Assembly: GCA_013239625.1 (NCBI GenBank)
Contig: MU054391.1
Span: forward strand, 8,775,095 to 8,839,094
Direction of reading: 5' to 3'
Source of the DNA: Lama guanicoe
Taxonomy: Eukaryota
DNA length: 64,000 nt
Positions 53,373 through 64,000 of the stretch are shown here, in pieces; position 1 is the stretch's first letter, and every line of letters begins with the position of its first letter. The position numbers and the translations under genes were made by a program. Under the pieces are notes generated by a model. The model ran no database searches. It was given only the letters and a program-made list of their open reading frames with translations, and was not told where the DNA came from.

Positions 53373-54694
53373 TTTTAAAAACCTAGCAGCAAATTATTTA
53401 CAAAGAAGTGTTATAGGAGAAAAAAAATAGCCGAGTGTAAAATTAATTCAAGAGAAGGAAAACATAGATAAAATTGGGATGTAGCCAAGACTGCAGAGTG
53501 AACAGGAAGCCTGGGAGAGTTGGAGCTGATGAAGGTAAGTTTCAGCAAATTTAAAATGTATCCCCAATTATCAAGGCTTCTCCCACTCACAATGATAAAG
53601 TTTCCTATATTTGCAAAAGACAGGCATAAATAGCATAGTGACTGACAATCAGAAAATTTCTCCAGCATGAAAAAAATAAAAATGAAATGAATGATCTGTG
53701 CTCTAGTATGAAGAAAAGTACACAGTGCTGTGGAAACTGAAATCAGTAGTAACAGAGAAGACCCAAGCCAACCCAGGAGAGGGAGTACTTACGCAGGTAA
53801 GTTACGGGACGCAGGGATGCCAAGCGCCTGTTTTATGCTGTTGTTAATAGCTTGACTCTTTTAACGGTAGAGCAGACAGCTTCACTGAGCATATTATAAC
53901 CATGCCAAAAAACAGACTTTGGTGCTACGGAAGCTCTCTGATGACTTCAGACAGACTAAGGGAGGAGAATCCAGTAAAAAATGGGGACCCTTAAAGACAC
54001 ACAGAGTAGAATCTCAGATGGTGCAATTAGACATGAAGCAGAAAGGTGGCTGCTGGTGTCTGGGGAACTTGAGGACATTCACGATCACAAATAACATATC
54101 TACATTTCAGAGAAATTCCTATTGCTCGCGTCAATGCCCAGTGAAGGACAGAAGTCTAAAGATTCCAATGCAGGGACTCGTAAGTTGGCAACTTTCTGGA
54201 CTTCATTTGAAACCGAATGAATAAATAGTCTCACTTTAGGTATGCTGAGAAAATAAGGAAACAGATTTTCAATGGATTCTTTCTACCTTGAGTAAAAGGC
54301 ACTTCCATCTCCTTTACAGAGTTTTAATTTATTTATTTTTTTAATTTGAGCAGCAGTATCTTTAGTGTCACCAATTTTCACAAATATTCAGAAGGGGCTT
54401 AAAAAACACCAGCTTTCAGATATGAGTCCTCAGAGTCTTTCGTGTGTGTTTGCCTGATGTAGGTAAATCCTGAACATATTCGAGGATGCGATTTATGTAA
54501 AACAGAGATGCTGTTCCCCTAACCAACCTCATTCTGAACTGTTCAAACCCTTGTCACTAGGGCCATCGAGTGATCAAAAATAGCCCTGGTGTTGGGTTTC
54601 CAGCTAATAACACCAGCGGCTATAAGCCTTGTCAAAACCTCAACCAGGATGATGCTTTGCACTATTTCTTTGCTATTTTTGTTTAAATCAACAG

Positions 54695-54900
54695 AGATGT
54701 GATGGAAAGAACATTAAACTAAATGTCAAGAGACCTGGGATCGTGCCCCAGCTCTGCTGTCACTTTGTTCAGTGACGTTGGAACCGTCTTATTTCTCTGG
54801 GCTTTCATTTCTCCCACTAAAATATGAACAGTGATGCCACTGTCACACAGTTATAGGTACAAAGGCCCTTTAAGAAACACAGCATAATAGAGATGGCAGA
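54695..54900 (+). mobile_element. MIR-family SINE
   Basis: tcaagagacctggga...ccagctctgc...tctctgggctttcatttc. Confidence 0.65.
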
Positions 54901-55219
54901 TTCCACTATTTTCCTTAGAGTAAAACAGAGTTTAAAAAAAAACAGGATTATTTATTTAATAGGACCTCTATTTTTTTTTGGCCAAGAAAATAAATCTAAG
55001 GCTAATCTTGCATAATTTCATTATACAAGAGGGAAAAGTGGTTTGCAAAGAATCTATACAAGCTTAGAGACTGAATAGTTACCACTTTGTCCCCACATGC
55101 AGGTTTTCCCGGGGTCGGCTAACAGGGTTGTAGGCTGCATCCTTCACTGACCGATAAAACACTGTTCACCTTAACGGAGCTTTGGGTCTCAGTGAGCATC
55201 CTGGATGATGAGCTCCTAC

Positions 55220-55451
55220 CTTGTGTCATTCAGATGTCGGCTAGAACGCATGGGTCCTCCTCTTGAATCTGCTCTCTCGCACCATAGTGGCCAGTCATGA
55301 TCCGGGTTGGTTGTTATAGTGGCAGGTCTCCGTCCATGTCCATTCAGACCTTCGTTTCCGCCCTCTGCTGCCTCTCCCCGCATTCTTCAGGGTGAATTCC
55401 TCTCGTCACCCCCTTAGACACGCATATGTATGGTAAAATCTTTAGAAAGTT
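55220..55451 (-). other. Candidate 232-nt exon (non-coding, or a first coding exon; unverified)
   Basis: Long minus-strand pyrimidine tract ending catttccttag|, donor AAG|GTAGGA, locally GC/CpG-rich body. Confidence 0.3.
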
Positions 55452-56058
55452 CTAAGGAAATGTAAATAAACAGGAGAGACAGAGAAGGAAACACACGTAG
55501 AAAGATAGATGGAGACAGAGATCCAGAGGCAGCTCCCAGAAAATACAAAGTCCAGGAACAAAAATAAAGAAACCCTGACTCACGCTCTCCATATGTGGTG
55601 ACGAAGTGAAAAGAGCAGCAGTTTTAAGTCAGAAAAGCCTCTGTTTATGTCCTTACCAGTAGCATCTCTTTAGATGAGTTGATTGACTGGGCCGGTGAAT
55701 ACATCTGTGAGATGGAGACAATGATTTACACTATAGGGTCATTCTGAAGATTCAGTAAGATGTTTTGCCAGGTGTCTAGAATAGTTCCTAACACGTAGGA
55801 AGTGCTTTTGAAAGTCTAACCCCCTTCCCCACATTTTATTATTCAAAGAAACCTACACTCTTTGAGGACAAGCAGAAAGACCCTGTTATAATAATGCAAA
55901 GTGGCAAGAGACTGCATTGTAAGGACAACGTGTTAGAAGAATTTAAAAAACAAGAATCTCGAGGAATGAAATCTTTGCAGTGAGAGGGAGAAATACACCT
56001 GGGGAAGGAAATAGCATGAGTCCAAAGTCTGTGCGTCGGGCAAGGCCAGGAGCAACGA

Positions 56059-56072
56059 GTTGCCATGGTAAC
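56059..56072. promoter_or_regulatory. RFX X-box motif GTTGCCATGGTAAC
   Basis: Fits the GTNRCC-N0-3-RGYAAC consensus; one mismatch from the perfect palindrome GTTGCCATGGCAAC. Confidence 0.6.
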
Positions 56073-56386
56073 TGAAATGAAGATTTTTGTTTGGGTGATC
56101 TTGGAGTGGGGCAGGGGGTGGGCTCGAGGTGGGATCAGGAAGGAGATGAGCTTGCAGAGAGATGACACTGCAAAGCAGCGACAGCTCCCCAGGCTTGACC
56201 TTCTCCGTAAAGGACCTGAAATGCAGCACGAAGGCAGGGAAAGAAGGGGCTGAAAAGGTGGCTTGTCCTGAGAATATGAAGCAAGGTGTGTGAAAAGGTA
56301 ACGTCAAACTCTCCATCTTTCTCAGTGTTCCAATCACTACATCTTTGGTTTGTCACCCCTGTGATTAATCTTTAATACAGCCTTGG

Positions 56387-56409
56387 TGAGTCATGCATGA
56401 ATTATGCAT
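56387..56409. promoter_or_regulatory. AP-1 site overlapping a POU-type ATGCAT-N5-ATGCAT element
   Basis: TGAGTCATGCATGAATTATGCAT. Confidence 0.35.
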
Positions 56410-57479
56410 TTCCGTTTTTTTTTATTCCAACATAATCACTTGAATGAAATTCAGGTCTCAAGTTTTACCTTAGTGCTATGTGTCTAAGAATTTATCATCT
56501 TTTTTTTTTTTCACTTTTTCCCCCATTTCAAACTAACCCCATAGAGTTTGGTACTCAAAAATTCTGTTTTTAGGACTTGGAAAGAGTATGAGTTACAGAA
56601 TATAACAAATATAAAACTGTATTTTGTTTCTTACTTTTCTCATGAAGATATAGTCAGTAAGGGAATTTTTCTCAATTGCCATTTCATAAAAACTCAAGCA
56701 TCTCCACAAATTTTATGATTACTCATAGAAATAGACAAGTTCCATGATGATTTTAGTTGTCGCTAAATTCTCAATTCTGTTTAAAAAAAATCGCTATCCG
56801 CAGATATTAACTATAACTTGGATAGATTTATTAGCACTGTTTAAAGTCTCTTTCCTCCTTAAACAAGATAAAGATAGAAGGATTCTAGCTAGCTTTATTT
56901 TTTTTCCCTCCGTTGCTGCTCTGGCTGATTCTTGCGGGGCTCAAAGTTGGAAGCAATTTGAGTGAGAGACGTGAGAAAGGTTTTCACACCATCATACAAT
57001 CTCATGATCTCTAGGCTGGGTCACCATTTACAGCCAACTATTTCTTTGGCTGATTCTTCAGTGAATCCTTTGGAAAGTCTCCTCCTGAGCTCTTCTAACT
57101 GCTGCTTCTGAAATGTGAGTGATGAAAACCCTTCTTCCACCACTGCTTCTGCTTCAGCTTCTGTTGTTATAAAAACCCAGTAAGATTCACTAGGTAAACT
57201 TCAGGGCAGTGACGCATCATGGGGAAAAATATCCCAAGCAGGTGATATTTTGAATCCCAAAACGAGAGTAGCTAGAGAGGAAATTAGAGCAGAGTCTGAG
57301 ACAGCCCATGGAATTAAACAAACACAAAAGTCACCATCTATTGAGGACTTCCTACAACTCAGACACTCTGTTTAGATTTGGACACAGGATCCATTGAGTT
57401 CTCAAAAAAAAAAAAAGGTGAAAAGAGTGAACAACAGATTTTAAACAAGGGAGTTACTAATCAGATTTTTACTTGTTAC

Positions 57480-58080
57480 ACAAAACAGAGTGGTCTTTCT
57501 AAAATACGAATCTGATCATTTTCTGTCCTTGTTTGGAACGCCGTGCTCCACACTTCTCGTAATGATGTGGAAATGCATGATCGAGTCGTTCCAACACCTA
57601 GAACAACCTCCTTCATGACAGCTATGTCTACTCATAAATTTCTTACATCACTTTAAATGAGTCATCAGTAAAATTTTAGCTCTTATTATGAGTCACTTGC
57701 CTGGTTCTTCCTGACTCCGGTCCTTTGCACATGTTATTCCCTCTGTAGACAATGCTCTTCTCCCACCCCATTCCATCCTTCCTGCCTAATTCCTATCTAT
57801 CCTTTAAGTCTTAAACTTCTAAGTACTTAAACTTTTAAGTACTCCCCAGAGCCGGCACTGAGCTCTGAAGACTGTGCTGGGTATGTTTCTCATGAATTTA
57901 GCATGCTGGCCTCTATGACAATATTTACACGTATGATCATAATTACTTACCTTCCTCCCACAGGACAGTATAAACTTCCTAAGCAGAGAAGTAGTGTTTA
58001 ACATTAACCATTTTCCCACATCCAGGCCTCTTCTGGCATGTCATACGCATCCAAGAAATGCTGGTTGAATGAAAGGATCA
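57480..58080 (+). mobile_element. L2 3' region
   Basis: tctttctaaaatacgaatctgatcat; cctttgcacatgttattccctctg; aaatgctggttgaatgaa. Confidence 0.75.
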
Positions 58081-58935
58081 CTGAAACATGTGTCTAAAAA
58101 AATCTTGGCCCCGCCACTTACTTGCAATATTGTCTCAGAAAAAAATTTCTTTGTTTTTATAAGCCTCCATTTCACTACTATAAAATGAGAATAAATACTG
58201 TCACTTTTAAACTTGTTGCAATGATTCAGGATAATGAACAGAATACGTAGGTGTTCAGCTTACATTAGTTCCCTCTCTTTCCTGTTCATCCCCCCCTTAC
58301 CGGGTGCTGGGGACAAGATATCACCTAGACCGAGTACCTAACAAGGTATCTGGCAGATTGTTGATGCTTATGAAATGCCAGCTCCCTGCCCCGTGGGTGA
58401 GGAGTGGTTCATAACACCGGGGTATTGTCGAATATCTAGTAAATCTTTAACTCAAGAGCGTGAAAGGTAAACTGGCCCAAACATTTGTGTCGATGTGTGT
58501 CTGAATTAAAGTTGGGAGCCATAGCTTATGGCTAAACCTCAGGCATCCTGGATTTATAAAACTAATTGTGTTTTTACATCTCTGATTTTTATTGACAAAG
58601 AGATAGCAGCTATCTGCTTTGGAACAAAGCCCATTAGAAACATTCAGCAGCTTTGGCCAAAGTATTTTCATCACATTCAGAATATTCAATACCTGCTTCA
58701 TCCTCCATTCTAGCTGGTAAAGCGTGTGTTGAACCTAATTACAGTACTTGGCCCAAAGCACAGTATATTCTCTCGGTTACCTTTTAATTATCGTGACAGT
58801 TACCTTTTAATTATGAATCTGCACCAGCATGCGAAGTGCGGCTCCTCCATCTTTGCCCCTGCTTGCATGTGAACACTGCATCTCCCCAGACGCTGTAGCT
58901 ACTTTTCAACCCTGACTTTCCATATTATCTAGAAG

Positions 58936-59349
58936 CAGTGGAGTGCTGATAAGTATTGTTCAATGGGCTGGGGAGGGGAGGGGAAGGGCCAGTTTGCAGC
59001 ATTTGCTAACTTTCATGGTGTAGATCTTCCCAGTTCAGCCAATTTCAAGTTACCAACATAATATCAATGCATGCAGGGTCAAGAAGAGCTGATCAGCAGT
59101 GTCCACGTATGGTGTTTCCACCATCCAGACACGGTAACTGCAGCCACCTCATGAGCATATACAGCAGCAAGGTTAATAAAATAAAATATTTAACTGATGA
59201 ATTTTGGGTATCTGTTCATTTTGTTTTTCACCTACATTATTTAACTGTAGGCTTACGTTATCTACTATCTAGTAATGGCTGTGCTTAATAATCAGATCGA
59301 GACGTTCCTGAAAATTTCACAGTTGGATCTCAGCTCTAGCACATCACTG
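58936..59349. mobile_element. MER63-like hAT (Blackjack) DNA transposon
   Basis: Imperfect TIRs cagtggagtgctg / tagcacatcactg; internal tttgcagcatttgctaactttcatggtgtag...atttcaagttaccaac; degenerate 8-bp flanks tctagaag / cctagcac. Confidence 0.8.
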
Positions 59350-59736
59350 CCTAGCACTGTCCCCTACGCAGCAGGTCCACTGTAAGTGCTTAAGAATGGT
59401 TTCCTGAGAGCCGTGGGAAAAAGTAGGCAGCAAGTCGGAGCTATTCCCCTTCCTGTGACATGTAATATAGATCAAATAAAACCAAGAAGTATGCCTGAAA
59501 GCCAATCAAAAGCTGTACTTAGAGCCGCTGCAGAGGGAGAGAGACTGAGAATATGCTCTAATATATTTAGAGCTTTTGCTACAAAAAAGAAACCAGTTTG
59601 AAATAGAAATGCTGGGGACACTGAAAGTATGATTCACAGAGGAGGCTCAAAACTTAACAGAAAGGTCAGGGTTATGGCGGAAGATGATGAAAGCAGTCTT
59701 GACTAGGACTCAGAGAGACACAGCCTTTATCTTTAC

Positions 59737-59760
59737 CTGAAGGAGAATGTCTACAAATGC
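59737..59760 (-). other. Candidate 24-nt microexon or AG|GT recursive splice site (unverified)
   Basis: Minus strand: gattctatttcag|GCATTTGTAGACATTCTCCTTCAG|gtaaag. Confidence 0.2.
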
Positions 59761-61379
59761 CTGAAATAGAATCATTCGAAGTGATCCACAAAACCATACC
59801 ATACATTACGGTTTTTATTTAAACGTGTAAGAATATATGTGGGGGGAGGGGGATAAGTGAAGTTTCGATAAGCTGCATGTAATCTAACAGCCTTCTTGTG
59901 CCTGTAGACAGTAGATAGTTTGTTATTTAAAAATTTCTGAGCTGAAAGAAACTTATTACCCGTATTAGAAACGCACCAGACTCAAGGAGTCTAAGTGGCT
60001 TGGCTAAGATAACAGAAGAAATTACGGCTTGAGTCAAGATTCAAGTTGGAGGTGAGAAGGTTCCTTGTGCTCAAAAAGTCATCGCGTATCTCCTGTCCCA
60101 CTCATGGGAGTTAGCGCTGCCACTGAACGACCGTGTATCGTGTGCTTAGTGGGAGCCAGGCACAGGAGGCTGGACAGAAACAGAACCTGCCCCTGTGCTT
60201 CAGGGGCCCACGTGAGCTTACAACGGGGTAATTGCATGGGGTCGGCAAAGCCTGGCAAGACTCACCTCTCCTCTTTGGGGCCCCCAGCCTGAAAACAAAG
60301 ATCCTGTCGGTGGAAGAGTAATCACCAACACCTCTCCTTCCCAAACAAGCTCCAGATTCAGTTGTGTGACCCTTGTAACTAAGGTTCAGCAGCAGGTCTG
60401 GGGACTGAGAGGGAAGAAAACATTGCAACGTACTTGTCAGATAAGGCTCTGACTTCACCATCCAAGGCCAAGCACCACGGTAAGTCCCCTGGCTTCCTCT
60501 CTCCCAGCAGAGGCTCTTGGGAACCTCTATCTTGTGTGCAGGCTTTTACTGATCCATTAACCCTCCCTCTCTTGTGACTCTCCTCTGAACTCCTTCCCAG
60601 CCTTGTCTCAGAAGGTGAGGAAGCAACTTTTCAAACCTCGATGTGACATACAGTACTCTAGATTCAGGGAGAAGAAAGTGAAGGAAAAGATGGTATCCAG
60701 ACAGAGCCATCAGCCTTGATCACCCCACTCTCCACAACCTCTCTGCCTCTTGCTCCAGGTGACTTGTCAGCCTGATACCCTCAAGTAGAAGACTGATTCA
60801 CTCAAGATATCACGGATGTGCTGCTGTAATAAATGTAAGAACATCTATTGAAATCAGTGAATGAACTCTCACATATGATGAGAAAGCACAAATGTCAACC
60901 TCCCAATGAGGTGGGATCTACTGAGTAGAAGACAATAACAAGGAAGAAGCAATTACTGTTCACATCCCATGTTTCAGGAAATGTGCTGGATCAGGCAAAC
61001 GTTTTCCCCTTCACTGTAACCATGGTTACACCCTACATGTTGCCACCATCAGAAACACATCTACCAGAGAAATCAGGAAGTTAGACTTCACTCTCAGGAC
61101 ACAACCACTATCCTTCAGGCTTGCTTGCTCAGGCAGGTCCACCGCCTGCCAGCTAGGCTAGGCTATTCTGATGTAACCTTTCACATTTCCTTAATAGATT
61201 TGTAATACTTGCAACACTTCTAATACTAGTATTACTAGTCTATTACCTCTCTTCCCTGGTAGAATATAAATGGGGTCAAGATGAGCATCTGTCTTGCGCA
61301 CTAATGTATATTTCACACTTAGCACCAAGTGTGCCTCTGTGTGTGTGTGTGCGCGCGATTGTGTATGCATTACGTCCAG

Positions 61380-62200
61380 TTTCTTCCCTCCAGATCCATA
61401 TGGTCTTGTAATAGGACAGAGATAGATAAATATGTTATTCAAGACATAATAGATACAAAGTAGAAGTTCATACAGATCATGATATAAGAACAAAATTCAC
61501 ATGGAAAAGGAGGATTAATTCAAACTCCGTTAGTGGGAGAATCAGTAAAAGGGTCATAAAGGAGTTGATCATTGAATCTCAAAGAGTATTTGATGTCCTT
61601 TGGAGGGATAAAGCGTAGAGGGAGACTCTTCTAGGCAGAAGGAGCGCGACAAACACATGCATCAAAGTATGCAAATACTGATATGCCGAGGGAGATACAA
61701 GCAGATTAGCAGGAGCCATCACATTTCATTAGGCAGCCAAGTGACAAGAACTGTGCGAATAAAAAGGCTAGCACTGCCAATTACAACAAGAATTACCAGA
61801 GAAAGTTTCACATTGGAGGTTATCTTCGAGATGAGTCTTAAAGGAGAAATCTCTCAAATAAAAATCAGGAAAGGCATTCTAGAGGACAAGAAGAATGTGT
61901 ACAAAGAAATAAGGGATGTGAACAAATACAGCACAAAGTATGAGCCCATTAGAGAAAGATGAGGTTTATGTGTAACTAAGGATTCCGGTTGGGGTGCGTG
62001 GTAGGAATGGAAATTGAGCCTAGACTTGCAGAAGGGAGTAAACTGTGAAGCAGAAGCACTCGGATGTAATGCTAAGCAGCCTGAGCTCTACCCAGTGGGC
62101 GTGACGGTGATCGGAAGATGATAAGCCTGACAGTGATGTACTATTTTTGGATTCACTAGAGAGTGTAGTGAGATGGGCGTCATCAACATCTAGAGAAGAG
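61380..62200 (-). mobile_element. L2 fragments
   Basis: ttctaggcagaaggagc; tcgagatgagtcttaaagga...aaggcattctag. Confidence 0.5.
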
Positions 62201-63311
62201 AGATAGGAAGTGCAACTGAGGAGAGAGTGAAGGTGGAGGAGTGTATCCCATGCAAGGAGATGTCCTGAGGGTCAGGTCCAAGCAGAAGAGCAGCTCTAGG
62301 AGGGGCGGACAGGGGACTACCGAGGACATAAGAGAACATGGAAAAGTTCATATAACAGAATACGGTGAAGTGTGAGGCAACAAGGAAACAAGAGGGAAGC
62401 TGAGGGTTTTGCAGGTGGGTAGGCTTGAGGTTCACACAAAAATAATGCCACGCTTGCTTTTGGAAAGATAATCTAGTCAATAAGAATTTTCTGAATGCTT
62501 ATGATTTTCGAGTCTCTTGTCTCACTATCAGATGTACGGAAAATATTATTTTAGATGATTATTAACTATTTTGTTCCCTCAATCTTTTTTTTTTTTTCCT
62601 CGCATTTCCACAGCAACAGTTATCGTAAGTAAAGGCCGGTCTCAACATCTGAGGTCAGTGCCTAAGACAGAACCCTCTTATCCACTGGGGGTGTCCTCAG
62701 TACCGTAAGGAAGCATCTTTCATGTGGTAATTAATCAATAAACAGGGAATTAATGAAAGGAGGAAATGAGTAGTTGATGAAACAGGTCCTAAATCCATGT
62801 TTCATTGGCAAAACCCTGCAAGAATGTTCAGCTTGAATTCATGTTCCAGCTGAAATTACTGATGCATAATAAATAAATAGAGCATTATTCCAAACAAATG
62901 TTGGTGTCAAGTAGGTTTGAGGACAGTTGAACAGGGAGCTCACCACTGATTCTGACAGCAAGAGCGTCTTACCCCAAGAATTCTGAGTTTCATAAGCAAG
63001 AATGTGATTAATAAGAAGCTCTGCCTTTTCATTGTCTGGGCACCTCCAAGTTCACCATGATGTCAGATTATCATTTCCCCAGGAAGCATTGCATGGATTA
63101 AACAGGTAGGATCCTGAAATTGGGAAGGTTACCTGAAATTCTGGAACTTCGAATAGCTTCTGTCATAAAAGTATATTTTTATGAAAGTTTTTCTCCAAGT
63201 ATTAAAAAAGTAAATAACATTTAGAAATTTCCAAGTTCCCAAAAGCAAGCAGTCATGTATGTTCTTTGCATCCATAAAGCGCTCTCTTTACTTGTATATG
63301 TACATATGTGA

Positions 63312-63356
<45 letters not shown>
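63312..63356. repeat. Compound (AT)n(AC)n microsatellite
   Basis: Direct observation. Confidence 0.95.
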
Positions 63357-63724
63357 TGAATATACTCCATTCATGTTTTATGGAAATAATAAATACTGTC
63401 TCTAAGATTAATAATTACTTAAATGCAACCAGGTTATATGAAAGAGCCCATCATGGTCTTGCATGCCTCCTTTTAGGCCAGATGAGGAGTTTCTGCCTGA
63501 AATAACAACCTTTTCACCACTGCATCTGTGACTTTCCCTGTGTTCTCGGATGAAGCATCGCTACCATCCATTCTGTTATCTCCCCCATACATCACTTCTT
63601 GAAACTTTCTCCAACTCCGCTTGACTATGATAATTTATAACCTTGCTGTGTCTTTCTGGTTTAAGACATGATGATGAGATCTCTGCACTAATTAATTTCC
63701 CACCACGGGATTTTATCTATCTTT

Positions 63725-64000
63725 TCATTGATTGATTGACTGATTGATTTAACAAAAGTGAACGGATGCCTATATGCTCGTCACTGAGATGGGAGAAGAT
63801 AAATGGGGTACCATCCCTTTCCTCAAGTTCTTACTGTGGGGTAGAGAAGACCTGCTTGTAAACATAATTATGCTGCTGCATAACTGGCAATAGAAGTAGG
63901 TTCAAATGCTCCCTCATGGTAGTGAATTTCAGTAGATTATTTCCTCCTCCAAGGCAGGACAGTGGAAAGTTTCATCTCAGAAGTGACATTTGAGCTGAAC
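63725..64000 (-). mobile_element. L2 3' end
   Basis: cattgattgattgactgattgatttaacaaa...cctcaagttcttactg...gtgacatttgagctga. Confidence 0.7.

Noticed and set aside
58776..58814. Short direct repeats here and at 12427-12480 and 57812-57843, and 14-bp AT-rich palindromes at 50397 and 61221
   Set aside because: Ordinary slippage products or chance-level dyads in AT-rich DNA.
1..64000. A novel multi-gene system or an identifiable host gene
   Set aside because: No recognisable coding exons; the short ORFs fall in repeats or look random. The host gene cannot be named without alignment.

Overview
AT-rich, CpG-depleted mammalian genomic DNA, almost certainly from a camelid: two copies of the tRNA(Ala)-derived camelid SINE (Vic-1 type) are present. 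It reads as a long intron or intergenic stretch built largely from decayed transposons (L1, L2, MIR, MLT1/ERVL and ERV1 solo LTRs, MER44, MER63) and microsatellites. I recognise no intact protein-coding gene; the longest ORF (244 aa) is a dead L1 ORF2 C-terminus. The standout structure is a near-perfect ~320-bp inverted duplication of apparently non-transposon DNA (42881-43665), with a secondary 91-bp tandem duplication in its loop and an outer junction sharing microhomology with an L1 fragment. Also notable are two 5'-inverted (twin-primed) L1 insertions, nested retrotransposons, a candidate RFX/AP-1/POU regulatory module near 56 kb, and a few low-confidence candidate exons. I see no supportable evidence for a new multi-gene system. 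Family names and boundaries of old repeats come from recognition by eye and are approximate.
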